DNA of 26,704 nt from contig JAZGDW010000190.1 of assembly GCA_036478295.1 (NCBI GenBank), positions 1-26,704 of the forward strand, given 5' to 3'. Made by a program: the position numbers and the translations under genes. Shown here piece by piece: positions 1-9,080 of the stretch; the first letter of the stretch is position 1, and every line of letters begins with the position of its first letter. The notes under the pieces were generated by a model that did no database searches, had not been told where the DNA came from, and saw only the letters and a list, made by a program, of their open reading frames with translations. The DNA is from Candidatus Krumholzibacteriia bacterium (GTDB taxonomy: Bacteria > Krumholzibacteriota > Krumholzibacteriia > WVZY01).

Positions 1-79
1 AGCCCTATCTTAAAAAGCATGGGGGAGCAGCCGTACCGCCCTGCGGCGCAAGCTCTTAACCACTAGCGAGGGAGACGCA

Positions 80-3000
80 TTGTTCCGCAAACCGTCGACT
101 CTAGTTGTCGCCTCTCTTTTCCTACTGGCCAGCCTGGCAATGCCCGCCCACGCCCAATTCGGCCGGAACAAGATACAGTACAAGAATCACAACTGGCACG
201 TGCTGAGCACTCCGCACTTCGAGATCCACTTCTACGATGGTTCGGAGGCGTTCGCGGTGCGTGCCGGCCTGGTGCTCGAAGACGGGTACCGGATGCTGTC
301 CGAGAAGCTCCACGAGACGCTGCCGTGGAAGGTGCCGATAATCCTCTACGGCTCGCACAACGATTTCCTGCAGACCAACGTCTCGCTGCAGAACCTGCCG
401 GAGGGGGTGCAGGCGTTCGCCGAGCCTTCCCGCAAGCGGATCGTGCTGCCGTTCACAGGCTCCTACCCGCAGTTCGCCCATACGGCGATCCACGAGCTCG
501 CGCACGTGTTTACGTTTCAAATAATCTACAACCGACTGTTGGACAACGTCTTCTCCCGCACATCGCTCTTCGGGCTGCCGCTGTGGGTGATGGAAGGCGT
601 GGCGGAATACCTCTCCGTTGGGTGGGACACGGAAACCGACATGTTCGTGCGTGACGGTGTCATCCACAACTACCTCGGCGATCTGAGTCGAGCCGGAGGG
701 TTCGCCGTCTACAAGCAGGGCCAGTCGGCGTGGAACTACATCGAACAGACGTACGGCAAAGAGAAGGTGTTGGAGATCCTCGACGCCCTGGCCATTACGC
801 GGAGCGCCGACGCCGCGCTGGAGAAAACCATCGGTTTGAACACCACCGAGATGAGCAGGAGCTGGCAGAAGACGCAGCGCAAGCACTACTGGCCCCTTTA
901 TGCCGACAAGACGGAGGCGGAAGACATGGCACGGCGCCTCACCCATCACATAAAGGAGCGCGCCGCTTACAACACAAAGCCCGTGATGTCACCGGACGGC
1001 GAGCGCATCGCGTTTTTCTCGAGCCGGGACTTGATCTCGATCTACCTGATGTCCGCGGTAGACGGCAAGATCATAAAGAAGCTGGTCACCGGCCACCGTT
1101 CGAACCAGTTCGAATCGCTGCATTTCTTTACCAGCAGCATGTCGTTCAGCCCGGACGGTGAGATGCTCACCTTTGTCGCCAAGTCCGACGGCCGCTCGCA
1201 GTTGTTCATCGTCGATACCAAGAAAGGCAAGGTCCGCAAGAAGCTCGATCTGGGCGCTGACGGACTCGCCTCGCCGACGTGGTCACCGAAGGGCCACATC
1301 ATCGTAGTGAGCGCGGTCTTCGGTGGTCAGACCGACCTGATGCGGGTCGACGTCGAGAGCGGCGAGTACGTGCGTTTGACCAATGACTTCGCCGATCAGC
1401 TCAATCCACGCTTCTTCCCGGACGGAAAGAAAATCGCATTCGAATACTATCCGGACGTGATGGCGCCGGTTCCGGCGGATCTTTCCGCGGAATCCAAGCG
1501 GAACCTGAGCGAGATGGATTTTCTTGCCACGGACAATATCAGACACGGAGCGACGCTGGACATCTACGAGATGGACCTCGAAACAGCTTCGATCCGGCCG
1601 CTCATCCAAACCGACGGCGACGACAGCAGCCCGGTGGTGTTTGACGGGGGGCGCCGGATGGTATTCACGTCCGACGCTTCGGGAATTCGTAATCTCTACG
1701 TCGCCGATCTCGAAACCGGGGCGTACCATCGTTTCACAGACGTGCTCGGGGGGGTGTTCACCCCCGACATCATAGACTCCAAGGGACGGCTCGCGTTCTC
1801 CGCGTTCTCGAACAACGGTTGGGATATTTATGTGTCCGACGACCTGGAAGCGTTGCTGGATCAGAACTTTGGATCGGATGTCAGCGTCGCCCTCGCGGCG
1901 CGCCGGCAGGAGCAGGTCACCTTGCTCCGTGAAGGTCCACGCGGACCGGATATACCGGCGGGAACGGCCCTGATTCAGGCCGAAGAGGACAAAGGGGAGA
2001 GTCCGACCGTGACGCTCAAGCTGGTGGACGATAGTGAGGACGACGTGTATTCGGTCGCCGACGAGGACTCGTTGAAGCAACTTGGAATTACGCTGCGCAT
2101 GCCGGTGCCGACCGTGTCGGGTCAGTCATCGGTGCAGCTGACGAGGGACAAGGACGGGACGAATCCCCCCAGCAAACAGGTCGAAGGCGTCCAGCGGCCG
2201 ATCGCCGGGGACGAGCCGGCGACGCGGGGAGGCTCGGTGGCCGGCTACAAGCTCAAGCTTTCCCCCGACTTCATCGGCCAGGGTGGGGGGCTGTACTACT
2301 CGACCGGATTCGGGTTCGGTCTGGCAAACACCATTGCGATGAGCGATATGTTGGGCAACCATCGTATGGTTTTCTCATTCAATTTGTTCCGGACCATCGA
2401 GGATTCGGACCTGATTGCGCAGTATTTCTACCTGAAGCATCGCATCAATTACGGATTCGGAATTTTTCAGTTCAAAAATTTTCTGAACAGTCGAGTTACT
2501 TCGATTGGCGAATCATTTCAGGACTACCAGTTGTTCTCGGAACGGAACTACGGCATCTTTGGGCTGATCAGCTACCCGTTCAACACGTTCAACCGTCTCG
2601 ACCTGGAGCTGCAGGCGTTCGTATCCGACCGCGAGTTCTTCGAGGAGATCATCACGCCAGAAGACCAGTTGCTCATCCTGGAGTCGGGCAAATCCACGCG
2701 TAATCTGATCGAGCCGTCGCTGTCCTACGTCCACGACGCGTCCTTCTACGGCCCATATGGTCCGATCGAAGGATCACGTTACTATATCAGCGCTTCCAAG
2801 GGATTCGGCGTCGGGAATGACGGAGTGGCACGGGAAACAGTTTACATCGATTACCGGAAATACTTCAAACTCTGGTACCGCAATTCGCTGGCGTTTCGCG
2901 CGACCTTTGCGGGCAGCGAGGGCGACCTTGAAGACCGCCGGTCTTTTTTCCTCGGAGGGCCGTCGACGCTTCGCGGGTACGACTACCTCGAATTCGAGGG

Positions 3001-3322
3001 ATCGCGCCTGGGGCTGGCGAGTCTGGAGTACCGGTTTCCGCTAGTAGACGCCCTGATTTTTGGATTTCCCGGCCGCTGGGGATTTGGCAATATCGCCGGC
3101 TCGTTGTTTTTCGACGTGGGGGCGGCGTGGGACGGCAGCGACCTCCAGGCGTTCAAGAAGGACGTCAACGGGCTGCAATTCGAAGACCTCAAGGGGGATT
3201 TCGGTTTCGGAACCCATTTCTATTTTGGGTTTTTCCTGCTCAACTTCCAGTTGGCCTGGCAAACCGATCTACGCTCGGTTGACCACAGCCAGTTCCATTT
3301 CTTCCTCGGCCCGAGTTTCTAG
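80..3322 (+). CDS. Omp85/BamA-TamA family outer-membrane protein with N-terminal peptidase MA-like (gluzincin) domain and PD40/TolB-like beta-propeller
   Basis: TTG start after GAGGGAG; signal peptide ending AHA-QFG; HELAH (491-505) plus PLWVMEGVAEY; PD40-like repeats (SPDGERIAF, FSPDGEMLTF, WSPKG, FFPDGKKIAF); barrel loop motif GGPSTLRGY (LRGY 2969-2980); C-terminal FHFFLGPSF beta-signal. Confidence 0.85.
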   Translation: MFRKPSTLVVASLFLLASLAMPAHAQFGRNKIQYKNHNWHVLSTPHFEIHFYDGSEAFAVRAGLVLEDGYRMLSEKLHETLPWKVPIILYGSHNDFLQTNVSLQNLPEGVQAFAEPSRKRIVLPFTGSYPQFAHTAIHELAHVFTFQIIYNRLLDNVFSRTSLFGLPLWVMEGVAEYLSVGWDTETDMFVRDGVIHNYLGDLSRAGGFAVYKQGQSAWNYIEQTYGKEKVLEILDALAITRSADAALEKTIGLNTTEMSRSWQKTQRKHYWPLYADKTEAEDMARRLTHHIKERAAYNTKPVMSPDGERIAFFSSRDLISIYLMSAVDGKIIKKLVTGHRSNQFESLHFFTSSMSFSPDGEMLTFVAKSDGRSQLFIVDTKKGKVRKKLDLGADGLASPTWSPKGHIIVVSAVFGGQTDLMRVDVESGEYVRLTNDFADQLNPRFFPDGKKIAFEYYPDVMAPVPADLSAESKRNLSEMDFLATDNIRHGATLDIYEMDLETASIRPLIQTDGDDSSPVVFDGGRRMVFTSDASGIRNLYVADLETGAYHRFTDVLGGVFTPDIIDSKGRLAFSAFSNNGWDIYVSDDLEALLDQNFGSDVSVALAARRQEQVTLLREGPRGPDIPAGTALIQAEEDKGESPTVTLKLVDDSEDDVYSVADEDSLKQLGITLRMPVPTVSGQSSVQLTRDKDGTNPPSKQVEGVQRPIAGDEPATRGGSVAGYKLKLSPDFIGQGGGLYYSTGFGFGLANTIAMSDMLGNHRMVFSFNLFRTIEDSDLIAQYFYLKHRINYGFGIFQFKNFLNSRVTSIGESFQDYQLFSERNYGIFGLISYPFNTFNRLDLELQAFVSDREFFEEIITPEDQLLILESGKSTRNLIEPSLSYVHDASFYGPYGPIEGSRYYISASKGFGVGNDGVARETVYIDYRKYFKLWYRNSLAFRATFAGSEGDLEDRRSFFLGGPSTLRGYDYLEFEGSRLGLASLEYRFPLVDALIFGFPGRWGFGNIAGSLFFDVGAAWDGSDLQAFKKDVNGLQFEDLKGDFGFGTHFYFGFFLLNFQLAWQTDLRSVDHSQFHFFLGPSF

Positions 3323-3340
3323 CCGAGAGCTCGAACCCCC

Positions 3341-3368
3341 GGGGTGGCAGCGATGGTACCGCCGCCCC
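3341..3368 (+). terminator. GC-rich hairpin after the Omp85 gene, possible terminator or mRNA-stabilising stem
   Basis: GGGGTGGC (3341-3348) pairs with GCCGCCCC (3361-3368) with one G-U pair; no clear U-tract. Confidence 0.3.
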
Positions 3369-3386
3369 GCGGCGTGAAGGCTGTTG

Positions 3387-3415
3387 TTGATTCCACTTCC
3401 ATCAGCGGTTACAGT
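3387..3415 (+). promoter_or_regulatory. Putative sigma70 promoter for pcrA
   Basis: TTGATT (3387-3392), 17 bp spacer, TACAGT (3410-3415). Confidence 0.55.
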
Positions 3416-3560
3416 CTAACGGTTTCTCGCCGTGTGCAAGCGGCGGGAGCGCCCTGGACATCGCTCCGGCCTGACGCTGGCCCGTGCTCCGGCGGCGCCG
3501 CGGGGGCAGCGGAACCGGCCGTGCGCCAGCACAACGGCACCTTTGGCATCGAGGGGGATA

Positions 3561-5756
3561 ATGAGCGACGAATTGAATGAACCACAACGACAAGCCGTGC
3601 AGGCGAATGAGGGACCGGTTCTGGTTATCGCGGGGGCGGGCAGCGGTAAGACCCGCGTGTTGACCGAGCGCATCGTCCATCTGGTGCGGGACAGAAACGT
3701 CCCCCCGTGGAATATCCTGGCATTCACGTTTACCAACCGCGCGGCGCGGGAAATGAAGGAACGTCTGGAAACGCGACGGCCGGGTATCGCGGAGCGACTG
3801 TGGGTCGGCACCTTTCACGCCACAGGTGTCAGGATTCTGAGAAGTCACGGCGAGTCCATCGGGGTCGACCGCAACTTCTCCATTTACGACGCCGATGACA
3901 GTCTGAGCCTGGTCAAAGTCGTCATCTCGCAACGCGCGCTGGAGGGTGGGATGTTCCGCTCGCCCCGATCGGTGCGGGATCGCATCAGCCGCTGGAAAAA
4001 CGACCTCATCACCCCCAAGATGGCGTTCGACAACGCCGTCACCAACCTCGACAAGCGCATGGTCGAGATCTATCGTGATTACGAAAAAGGGCTGCGGCGG
4101 GCCAGCGCGCTTGACTTCGACGATCTCATCGCCAGGGTGGTGGAGCTTTTCGAGCTGGACGCCGACGTCAAGGAACATTACGCGCGCCGCTTCCGTTACG
4201 TTCTGGTCGACGAATTCCAGGACACGAACCCGATCCAGATGGCCCTGATCGACGGGGTCTCCTCCGTGCACAAGAACCTCTTTGTCGTCGGCGACGACGA
4301 TCAGTCGATCTACAGTTGGAGGGGAGCGAAGGTGGACCACATCCTCAATTTCGAGTCGCTGTACCCGGGGACGGTCGTGATAAGGCTCGAGCAGAACTAC
4401 CGGTCCACGCAGACCATCCTCGACGCGGCCAACCACGTCATCGCCAACAATCTCGGACGCAAGGGAAAGAATCTGTGGACGGCGGGGGAAAGCGGCGACA
4501 AATTGACGCTGCTGCACGCCATCGATGAGCAGTCGGAGGCGTTGAACGTCCTTCACGCCGTAAAGAGCCTGGTGCAGAGAGGTTTCGATCTCCGGGATAT
4601 CGCGGTGCTCTACCGGACCAACGCGCAGTCGAGGGCACTTGAAGACGTCCTCAAACTGGGCTCGCTGCCGTACCAGATCATCGGCTCGGTCGGTTTCTAC
4701 GAGCGCGCCGAAGTCAGGGACATTCTCGCCTACTGCAAGTTGGTGGTGAATCCCGCAGACGATGTGAATCTCAAGCGCATTCTCAACGTGCCCCGCCGGG
4801 CCCTGGGCAAGACGACGTACGAGCGGCTCGCCGCGCAGGCCGCTTTCCGTGACACTTCGATCCTGCGTGTTTTGCGCTCGGGGCACTTCGATCTGGCCGG
4901 CGCGCAAACCCGGCACTGCGGCGATTTTGTACGGTTGCTGGACAAGCTCACCGCGATCGCCGACACGCAAGATGCACCCGGAGTGATCGAGGTTATCGTG
5001 GACCAGGTCCGATACCGGGATCATCTCCACGACAACTACCCCGACGGAGATTCGAGAGTCGAGAACGTCGAGGAGTTGGTGGCGGCAGCCGCGACCTTCG
5101 CCGAGAACTCCGAGAACCACTCGCTCCAGGCGTTCCTCGAGGAGATTGCACTGGTTGCCGATGTGGATGCCCTGGACAAGAGTCGCGGGCAGTTGACCTT
5201 GATGACCTTGCACAACGCCAAGGGGCTGGAATTCGACTGTGTGTTCGTCACGGGACTCGAGGAGGGGTTATTCCCCCATATCAATTCGATCGACGATCCC
5301 GATGCGCTCGAGGAAGAACGCCGCTTGTTCTATGTCGGAATGACGCGGGCCCGCAAGCGGCTCTTTTGCTCGTATGCCCGAATGCGCAGACGCATGGGTG
5401 TCGTTGAGGGGGGGATGCCGTCACGGTTCCTTTTTGAAATCCCGCAAGCGATGCTGGACGGTGCCGTGGAGACTTTGGCCCCTCACAGCGACGTGCCCGG
5501 GGATTTCGACGACCATGACCGCCTGGCCGAAGGCGGCGGGCGTGGCTACGCATCGGCGCACAAGGAATTCGAGGAATACTCGCAGGAAGAGCTGCTGTAC
5601 TTTGTGGGAATGCGTATTCACCACGACAACTTCGGACGGGGCGTGGTGCGCAGGGTCGAGGGCTCGGGCGAAAGGCTGCGCGTTACAGTCATCTTCGACG
5701 GTGGCGGTGAGCGCAAGTTCCTGGCGCACTACGCGCCGATGAAACCTTTGGGATGA
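3561..5756 (+). CDS. pcrA: ATP-dependent DNA helicase PcrA/UvrD (SF1A)
   Basis: ATG 3561 after GAGGGG; LNEPQRQAV Q-motif, AGAGSGKT Walker A, FTNRAAREM, VDEFQDTN, GDDDQSIYSWRGA, LEQNYRST, TLHNAKGLEF, EEERRLFYVGMTRA; C-terminal Tudor-like domain (HDNFGRGVV). Confidence 0.95.
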   Translation: MSDELNEPQRQAVQANEGPVLVIAGAGSGKTRVLTERIVHLVRDRNVPPWNILAFTFTNRAAREMKERLETRRPGIAERLWVGTFHATGVRILRSHGESIGVDRNFSIYDADDSLSLVKVVISQRALEGGMFRSPRSVRDRISRWKNDLITPKMAFDNAVTNLDKRMVEIYRDYEKGLRRASALDFDDLIARVVELFELDADVKEHYARRFRYVLVDEFQDTNPIQMALIDGVSSVHKNLFVVGDDDQSIYSWRGAKVDHILNFESLYPGTVVIRLEQNYRSTQTILDAANHVIANNLGRKGKNLWTAGESGDKLTLLHAIDEQSEALNVLHAVKSLVQRGFDLRDIAVLYRTNAQSRALEDVLKLGSLPYQIIGSVGFYERAEVRDILAYCKLVVNPADDVNLKRILNVPRRALGKTTYERLAAQAAFRDTSILRVLRSGHFDLAGAQTRHCGDFVRLLDKLTAIADTQDAPGVIEVIVDQVRYRDHLHDNYPDGDSRVENVEELVAAAATFAENSENHSLQAFLEEIALVADVDALDKSRGQLTLMTLHNAKGLEFDCVFVTGLEEGLFPHINSIDDPDALEEERRLFYVGMTRARKRLFCSYARMRRRMGVVEGGMPSRFLFEIPQAMLDGAVETLAPHSDVPGDFDDHDRLAEGGGRGYASAHKEFEEYSQEELLYFVGMRIHHDNFGRGVVRRVEGSGERLRVTVIFDGGGERKFLAHYAPMKPLG

Positions 5757-5773
5757 CGCCAACCCGGGGCCGG

Positions 5774-5782
5774 TGGTATCCT
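5774..5782 (+). promoter_or_regulatory. Possible extended -10 promoter for gatCAB
   Basis: TGgTATCCT at 5774-5782; ATGACG 18 bp upstream of the hexamer. Confidence 0.3.
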
Positions 5783-5820
5783 GTGGCGGTTTTGTGGCCC
5801 GATTTGTTGGAAGGACAGAG

Positions 5821-6114
5821 ATGAAAATTGACGAAAAGATGATACGACACCTCGAGATGCTCGCGCGCATCGACCTCACCGCTGACGAGCGAGAGCGTTT
5901 GTCCGAGCAGCTCGACCGTATCGTCGGGTATGTCGAGCAGCTGCAGGAGATAGATACCGAAGGCGTCGCTCCGACCAGCGCGGTCGTTCACGACGAGCAT
6001 TCGGCGCTGCGGCCGGATGAGCCCGGTCCGAGTCTGGACCGCGACAAGATTCTGGGCCAGGCACCGGATGCGAAAGACGGGTTCTTCCGCGTTCCCAAGG
6101 TTGTGGAGAGGTAG
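5821..6114 (+). CDS. gatC: Asp-tRNA(Asn)/Glu-tRNA(Gln) amidotransferase subunit C
   Basis: ATG 5821; HLEMLARIDL, LQEIDTEGVAPT, LRPD, APDAKDGFFRVPKVV; directly upstream of gatA. Confidence 0.95.
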   Translation: MKIDEKMIRHLEMLARIDLTADERERLSEQLDRIVGYVEQLQEIDTEGVAPTSAVVHDEHSALRPDEPGPSLDRDKILGQAPDAKDGFFRVPKVVER

Positions 6115-6116
6115 CA

Positions 6117-7568
6117 ATGGGACTCAATAGCCGCGGCCTGGTGGAGTTGACCGTGCTGCTGAAGAAGGGCGAAATCTCGCCGCTCGACGTGGCCAAAGAC
6201 GTCGTGGCCGCCGTGGAAGAAAAAGACGGCGACGTACACGCCTACGTGGAATTCTACAAGGAAGATCTCCTCGAACGCGCGGCGGCACTCACCAAGAGTG
6301 GCGATTACCGCTCGACACCGCTCGCGGGGCTGCCCATTGCGGTAAAGGATAACATCTGTGTGGAGGGCCGCGCGACCACAGCTGGCTCCCGCATCCTCTC
6401 AGGCTACACCAGCCCGTACACAGCGACCGCGGCCGCCAACGTGCTGCGCAGCGGCGGCATTATTTGCGGCAAAACCAACCTGGACGAGTTTGCAATGGGT
6501 TCTTCGACCGAGAATTCGGCGTTCGGGCCCAGTCGCAACCCGTGGAATCTCGACTACGCGCCCGGCGGCTCCAGCGGCGGTTCGGCGGCGGCCGTGGCGG
6601 CCGATATGGCGGTGGGGGCGCTGGGCAGCGACACCGGCGGTTCGATCCGCCAGCCGGCGGGTTTCTGCGGCGTCGTCGGCATGAAACCAACATACGGGCG
6701 GGTATCACGCTACGGCCTGATTGCCTTCGCCAGTTCGCTGGACCAGATCGGGCCGTTCGCCCGGAGCGTCGAGGACTGCGCGGTGCTCTTGGGCGCGATC
6801 AGCAGCGGCGACGCGCAAGACGCCACCAGCCTCAGGGCACCCGTCCCCGATTTCGCGCGCGACCTCGACAAGGGACTCGACGGCCTGACTGTCGGCATAC
6901 CCCGGGACTTCATGGAGATGGGAACCCGGCCCGAGGTGGAAGAGAATCTCACCACGCTCTGCGCCCGGCTCGAAAAAGAGAACGTCGCCGTCGTCGATGT
7001 GTCCCTCGCGCATGCCCGCTATGCCTGCGCCTGTTATTACGTCATCGCCAACGCGGAGGCCAGCTCGAACCTGGCCCGGTTCGACGGCGTCAGGTACGGT
7101 CACCGGACGGAGCATGCCCGGGACGTCTACTCCATGTACACGCACACACGCGATGAGGGTTTCGGCGACGAAGTCAAGCGTCGCATTCTGCTGGGAACGT
7201 ACGTGCTCAGCGCCGGCTACTACGACGCGTACTACCTCAAGGCACAGAAGGTCCGCTCGCTGATCATCCGCGACTTCCAGAACGCGTTCGATCACGTGGA
7301 TCTCATCATGATGCCGACGGCACCGTCGGCCGCGTTTCCTATCGGGGAAAAGGTGTCCGATCCGCTGCTGATGTATCTATCCGATATTTTTACGATTCCG
7401 GTCAATCTGGCGGGCCTGCCGGCGATTGCGATCCCCAGTGGCGTGGCACCGGACGGGTTGCCGCTCGGCGTGCAGCTGATCGGGAAACCGCTGGAAGAGA
7501 ACACCGTGCTGCGTGGGGCGCGTGGTGTGGAGCGGCTCGTCGATTTCGAGAGGAAGACCGTTGTCTAG
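6117..7568 (+). CDS. gatA: Asp-tRNA(Asn)/Glu-tRNA(Gln) amidotransferase subunit A
   Basis: Amidase signature: AVKDNI, KTNLDEFAMGSSTENS, GGSSGGSAAAVA, GSDTGGSIRQPA; EVKRRILLGTYVLSAGYYDAYY. Confidence 0.97.
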   Translation: MGLNSRGLVELTVLLKKGEISPLDVAKDVVAAVEEKDGDVHAYVEFYKEDLLERAAALTKSGDYRSTPLAGLPIAVKDNICVEGRATTAGSRILSGYTSPYTATAAANVLRSGGIICGKTNLDEFAMGSSTENSAFGPSRNPWNLDYAPGGSSGGSAAAVAADMAVGALGSDTGGSIRQPAGFCGVVGMKPTYGRVSRYGLIAFASSLDQIGPFARSVEDCAVLLGAISSGDAQDATSLRAPVPDFARDLDKGLDGLTVGIPRDFMEMGTRPEVEENLTTLCARLEKENVAVVDVSLAHARYACACYYVIANAEASSNLARFDGVRYGHRTEHARDVYSMYTHTRDEGFGDEVKRRILLGTYVLSAGYYDAYYLKAQKVRSLIIRDFQNAFDHVDLIMMPTAPSAAFPIGEKVSDPLLMYLSDIFTIPVNLAGLPAIAIPSGVAPDGLPLGVQLIGKPLEENTVLRGARGVERLVDFERKTVV

Positions 7569-8997
7569 GTACGAACCCGTTATCGGCCTCGAGGTGCACG
7601 CGCAGCTCCTGACGCGGACCAAGATGTTCTGTTCGTGCTCGGCCGCCTACGGGGGGGAACCCAACACCCGGGTGTGCCCGGTGTGTCTCGGCCTGCCCGG
7701 CGCCCTGCCCGTGGTCAACGAGAAGGCGGTGGCGGCCGCCGTCAAGATGGGACTCGCCACGGGCTGCAGGATCGCGCCGCGCAGCGTGTTCGCGCGCAAG
7801 AACTATTTCTACCCGGATTGCCCCAAGAACTACCAGATATCGCAGTACGAGAAGCCGCTGTGCGAGGGCGGGAGCCTTGTCATGAACGGCGGGCAGAAGA
7901 GAATCGGGATTACTCGCATCCACCTGGAAGAAGACGCGGGCAAGCTGCTCCACGACGAATATGATGACTACAGCCTGGCGGACATGAACCGGGTAGGGGT
8001 GCCGCTCATCGAAATCGTCAGCGAACCCGACATACGCAGCCCGCAGGAAGCGGCCGAGTACATGCAAAAGCTGAGGACCTTGTTGCGGTACCTGGAGATC
8101 TGTGACGGCAACATGGAGGAGGGGAGCCTGCGCTGCGATGTTAATGTGTCGCTGCGTGAGAAGGGCTCCGAAACCTTTGGCACACGTACCGAGGTCAAGA
8201 ACCTCAACTCCTTCAAGGCGGTCGAGCAGGCGCTGCAGTTCGAGATCGAGCGGCAGGAAAAGCTCCTTACTGCGGGCAAAGAGGTCGAACAGGCAACCCT
8301 GCTGTGGGACAGCGTCAAGGGCGTATCACAGGTCATGCGGAGCAAAGAGGAAGCCCACGATTACCGCTACTTTCCGGAACCGGATCTGCTCGTGCTCGAA
8401 GTCCCCGAATCGATTATCGAGCAGGCGCGTGGAGAGATGCCGGAGCTGCCCGACGCGCGAGCGGCGAGGTTTGTCGGCGAGCTGAGCCTGCCGCCGTACG
8501 ACGCACAGGTGCTGACTGGCGCCCGCGAGATTGCGGATTACTTCGAAGAAACGGCCGGCGCACTCGGTGACGCCAAGGCGGCGAGCAACTGGGTAATGGG
8601 CGAGGTGCTGCGCGAACTCAAGGAGAGAAAAGTCGACATCACGCAGTTCCGGGTCCGGCCGGGGCAGTTGGCCGAGCTCATCGTCGAGGTGAAGGCGGGC
8701 AGGATCAACATCCCTACCGCCAAGGAAGTTTTTCGTGAAATGTCCGAGTCGGGAGGCGGTGCCAGGGATATCATCGCGGTGCGGGGACTCGCACAGATCA
8801 GCGATGAGGGCGCACTCAATTCTGTCATCGCCGGGGTTCTGGACAACAATCCCGAGGAGGTGTCGAAGTACCTTGCCGGCAAGGAGAAACTGCTGAAGTT
8901 TCTCGTGGGCCAGGTAATGAAAGAAACACGGGGCAAGGGCAACCCCCAGAAGGTGGGGGAGCTTCTGAAGAGGGCGCTCGAAGAGCGTCGCTCGTGA
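7561..8997 (+). CDS. gatB: Asp-tRNA(Asn)/Glu-tRNA(Gln) amidotransferase subunit B
   Basis: TTG start at 7561 after GAGGAAG, overlapping the gatA stop; YEPVIGLEVHAQL, RKNYFYPDCPKNYQISQ, HLEEDAGK, RSKEEAHDYRYFPEPDL, GQVMKETRGK. Confidence 0.96.
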   Translation: MSRYEPVIGLEVHAQLLTRTKMFCSCSAAYGGEPNTRVCPVCLGLPGALPVVNEKAVAAAVKMGLATGCRIAPRSVFARKNYFYPDCPKNYQISQYEKPLCEGGSLVMNGGQKRIGITRIHLEEDAGKLLHDEYDDYSLADMNRVGVPLIEIVSEPDIRSPQEAAEYMQKLRTLLRYLEICDGNMEEGSLRCDVNVSLREKGSETFGTRTEVKNLNSFKAVEQALQFEIERQEKLLTAGKEVEQATLLWDSVKGVSQVMRSKEEAHDYRYFPEPDLLVLEVPESIIEQARGEMPELPDARAARFVGELSLPPYDAQVLTGAREIADYFEETAGALGDAKAASNWVMGEVLRELKERKVDITQFRVRPGQLAELIVEVKAGRINIPTAKEVFREMSESGGGARDIIAVRGLAQISDEGALNSVIAGVLDNNPEEVSKYLAGKEKLLKFLVGQVMKETRGKGNPQKVGELLKRALEERRS

Positions 8998-9023
8998 ACC
9001 TGTCCCGAGGACCGAAATAGGTG

Positions 9024-9052
9024 TTGATCGGGGCATGGCGTTGTGCTAGTTT
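9024..9052 (+). promoter_or_regulatory. Putative sigma70 promoter for the lamin-tail-domain gene
   Basis: TTGATC (9024-9029), 17 bp spacer, TAGTTT (9047-9052) with TG extension at 9044-9045. Confidence 0.5.
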
Positions 9053-9080
9053 GGCGGTCCGGATGTAAACCCACCCAAAC

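Noticed and set aside
3323..3342. tRNA fragment on the minus strand (GGTTCGAG T-loop-like)
   Set aside because: No proper 5-bp T-stem, acceptor stem or cloverleaf, and no integrase nearby
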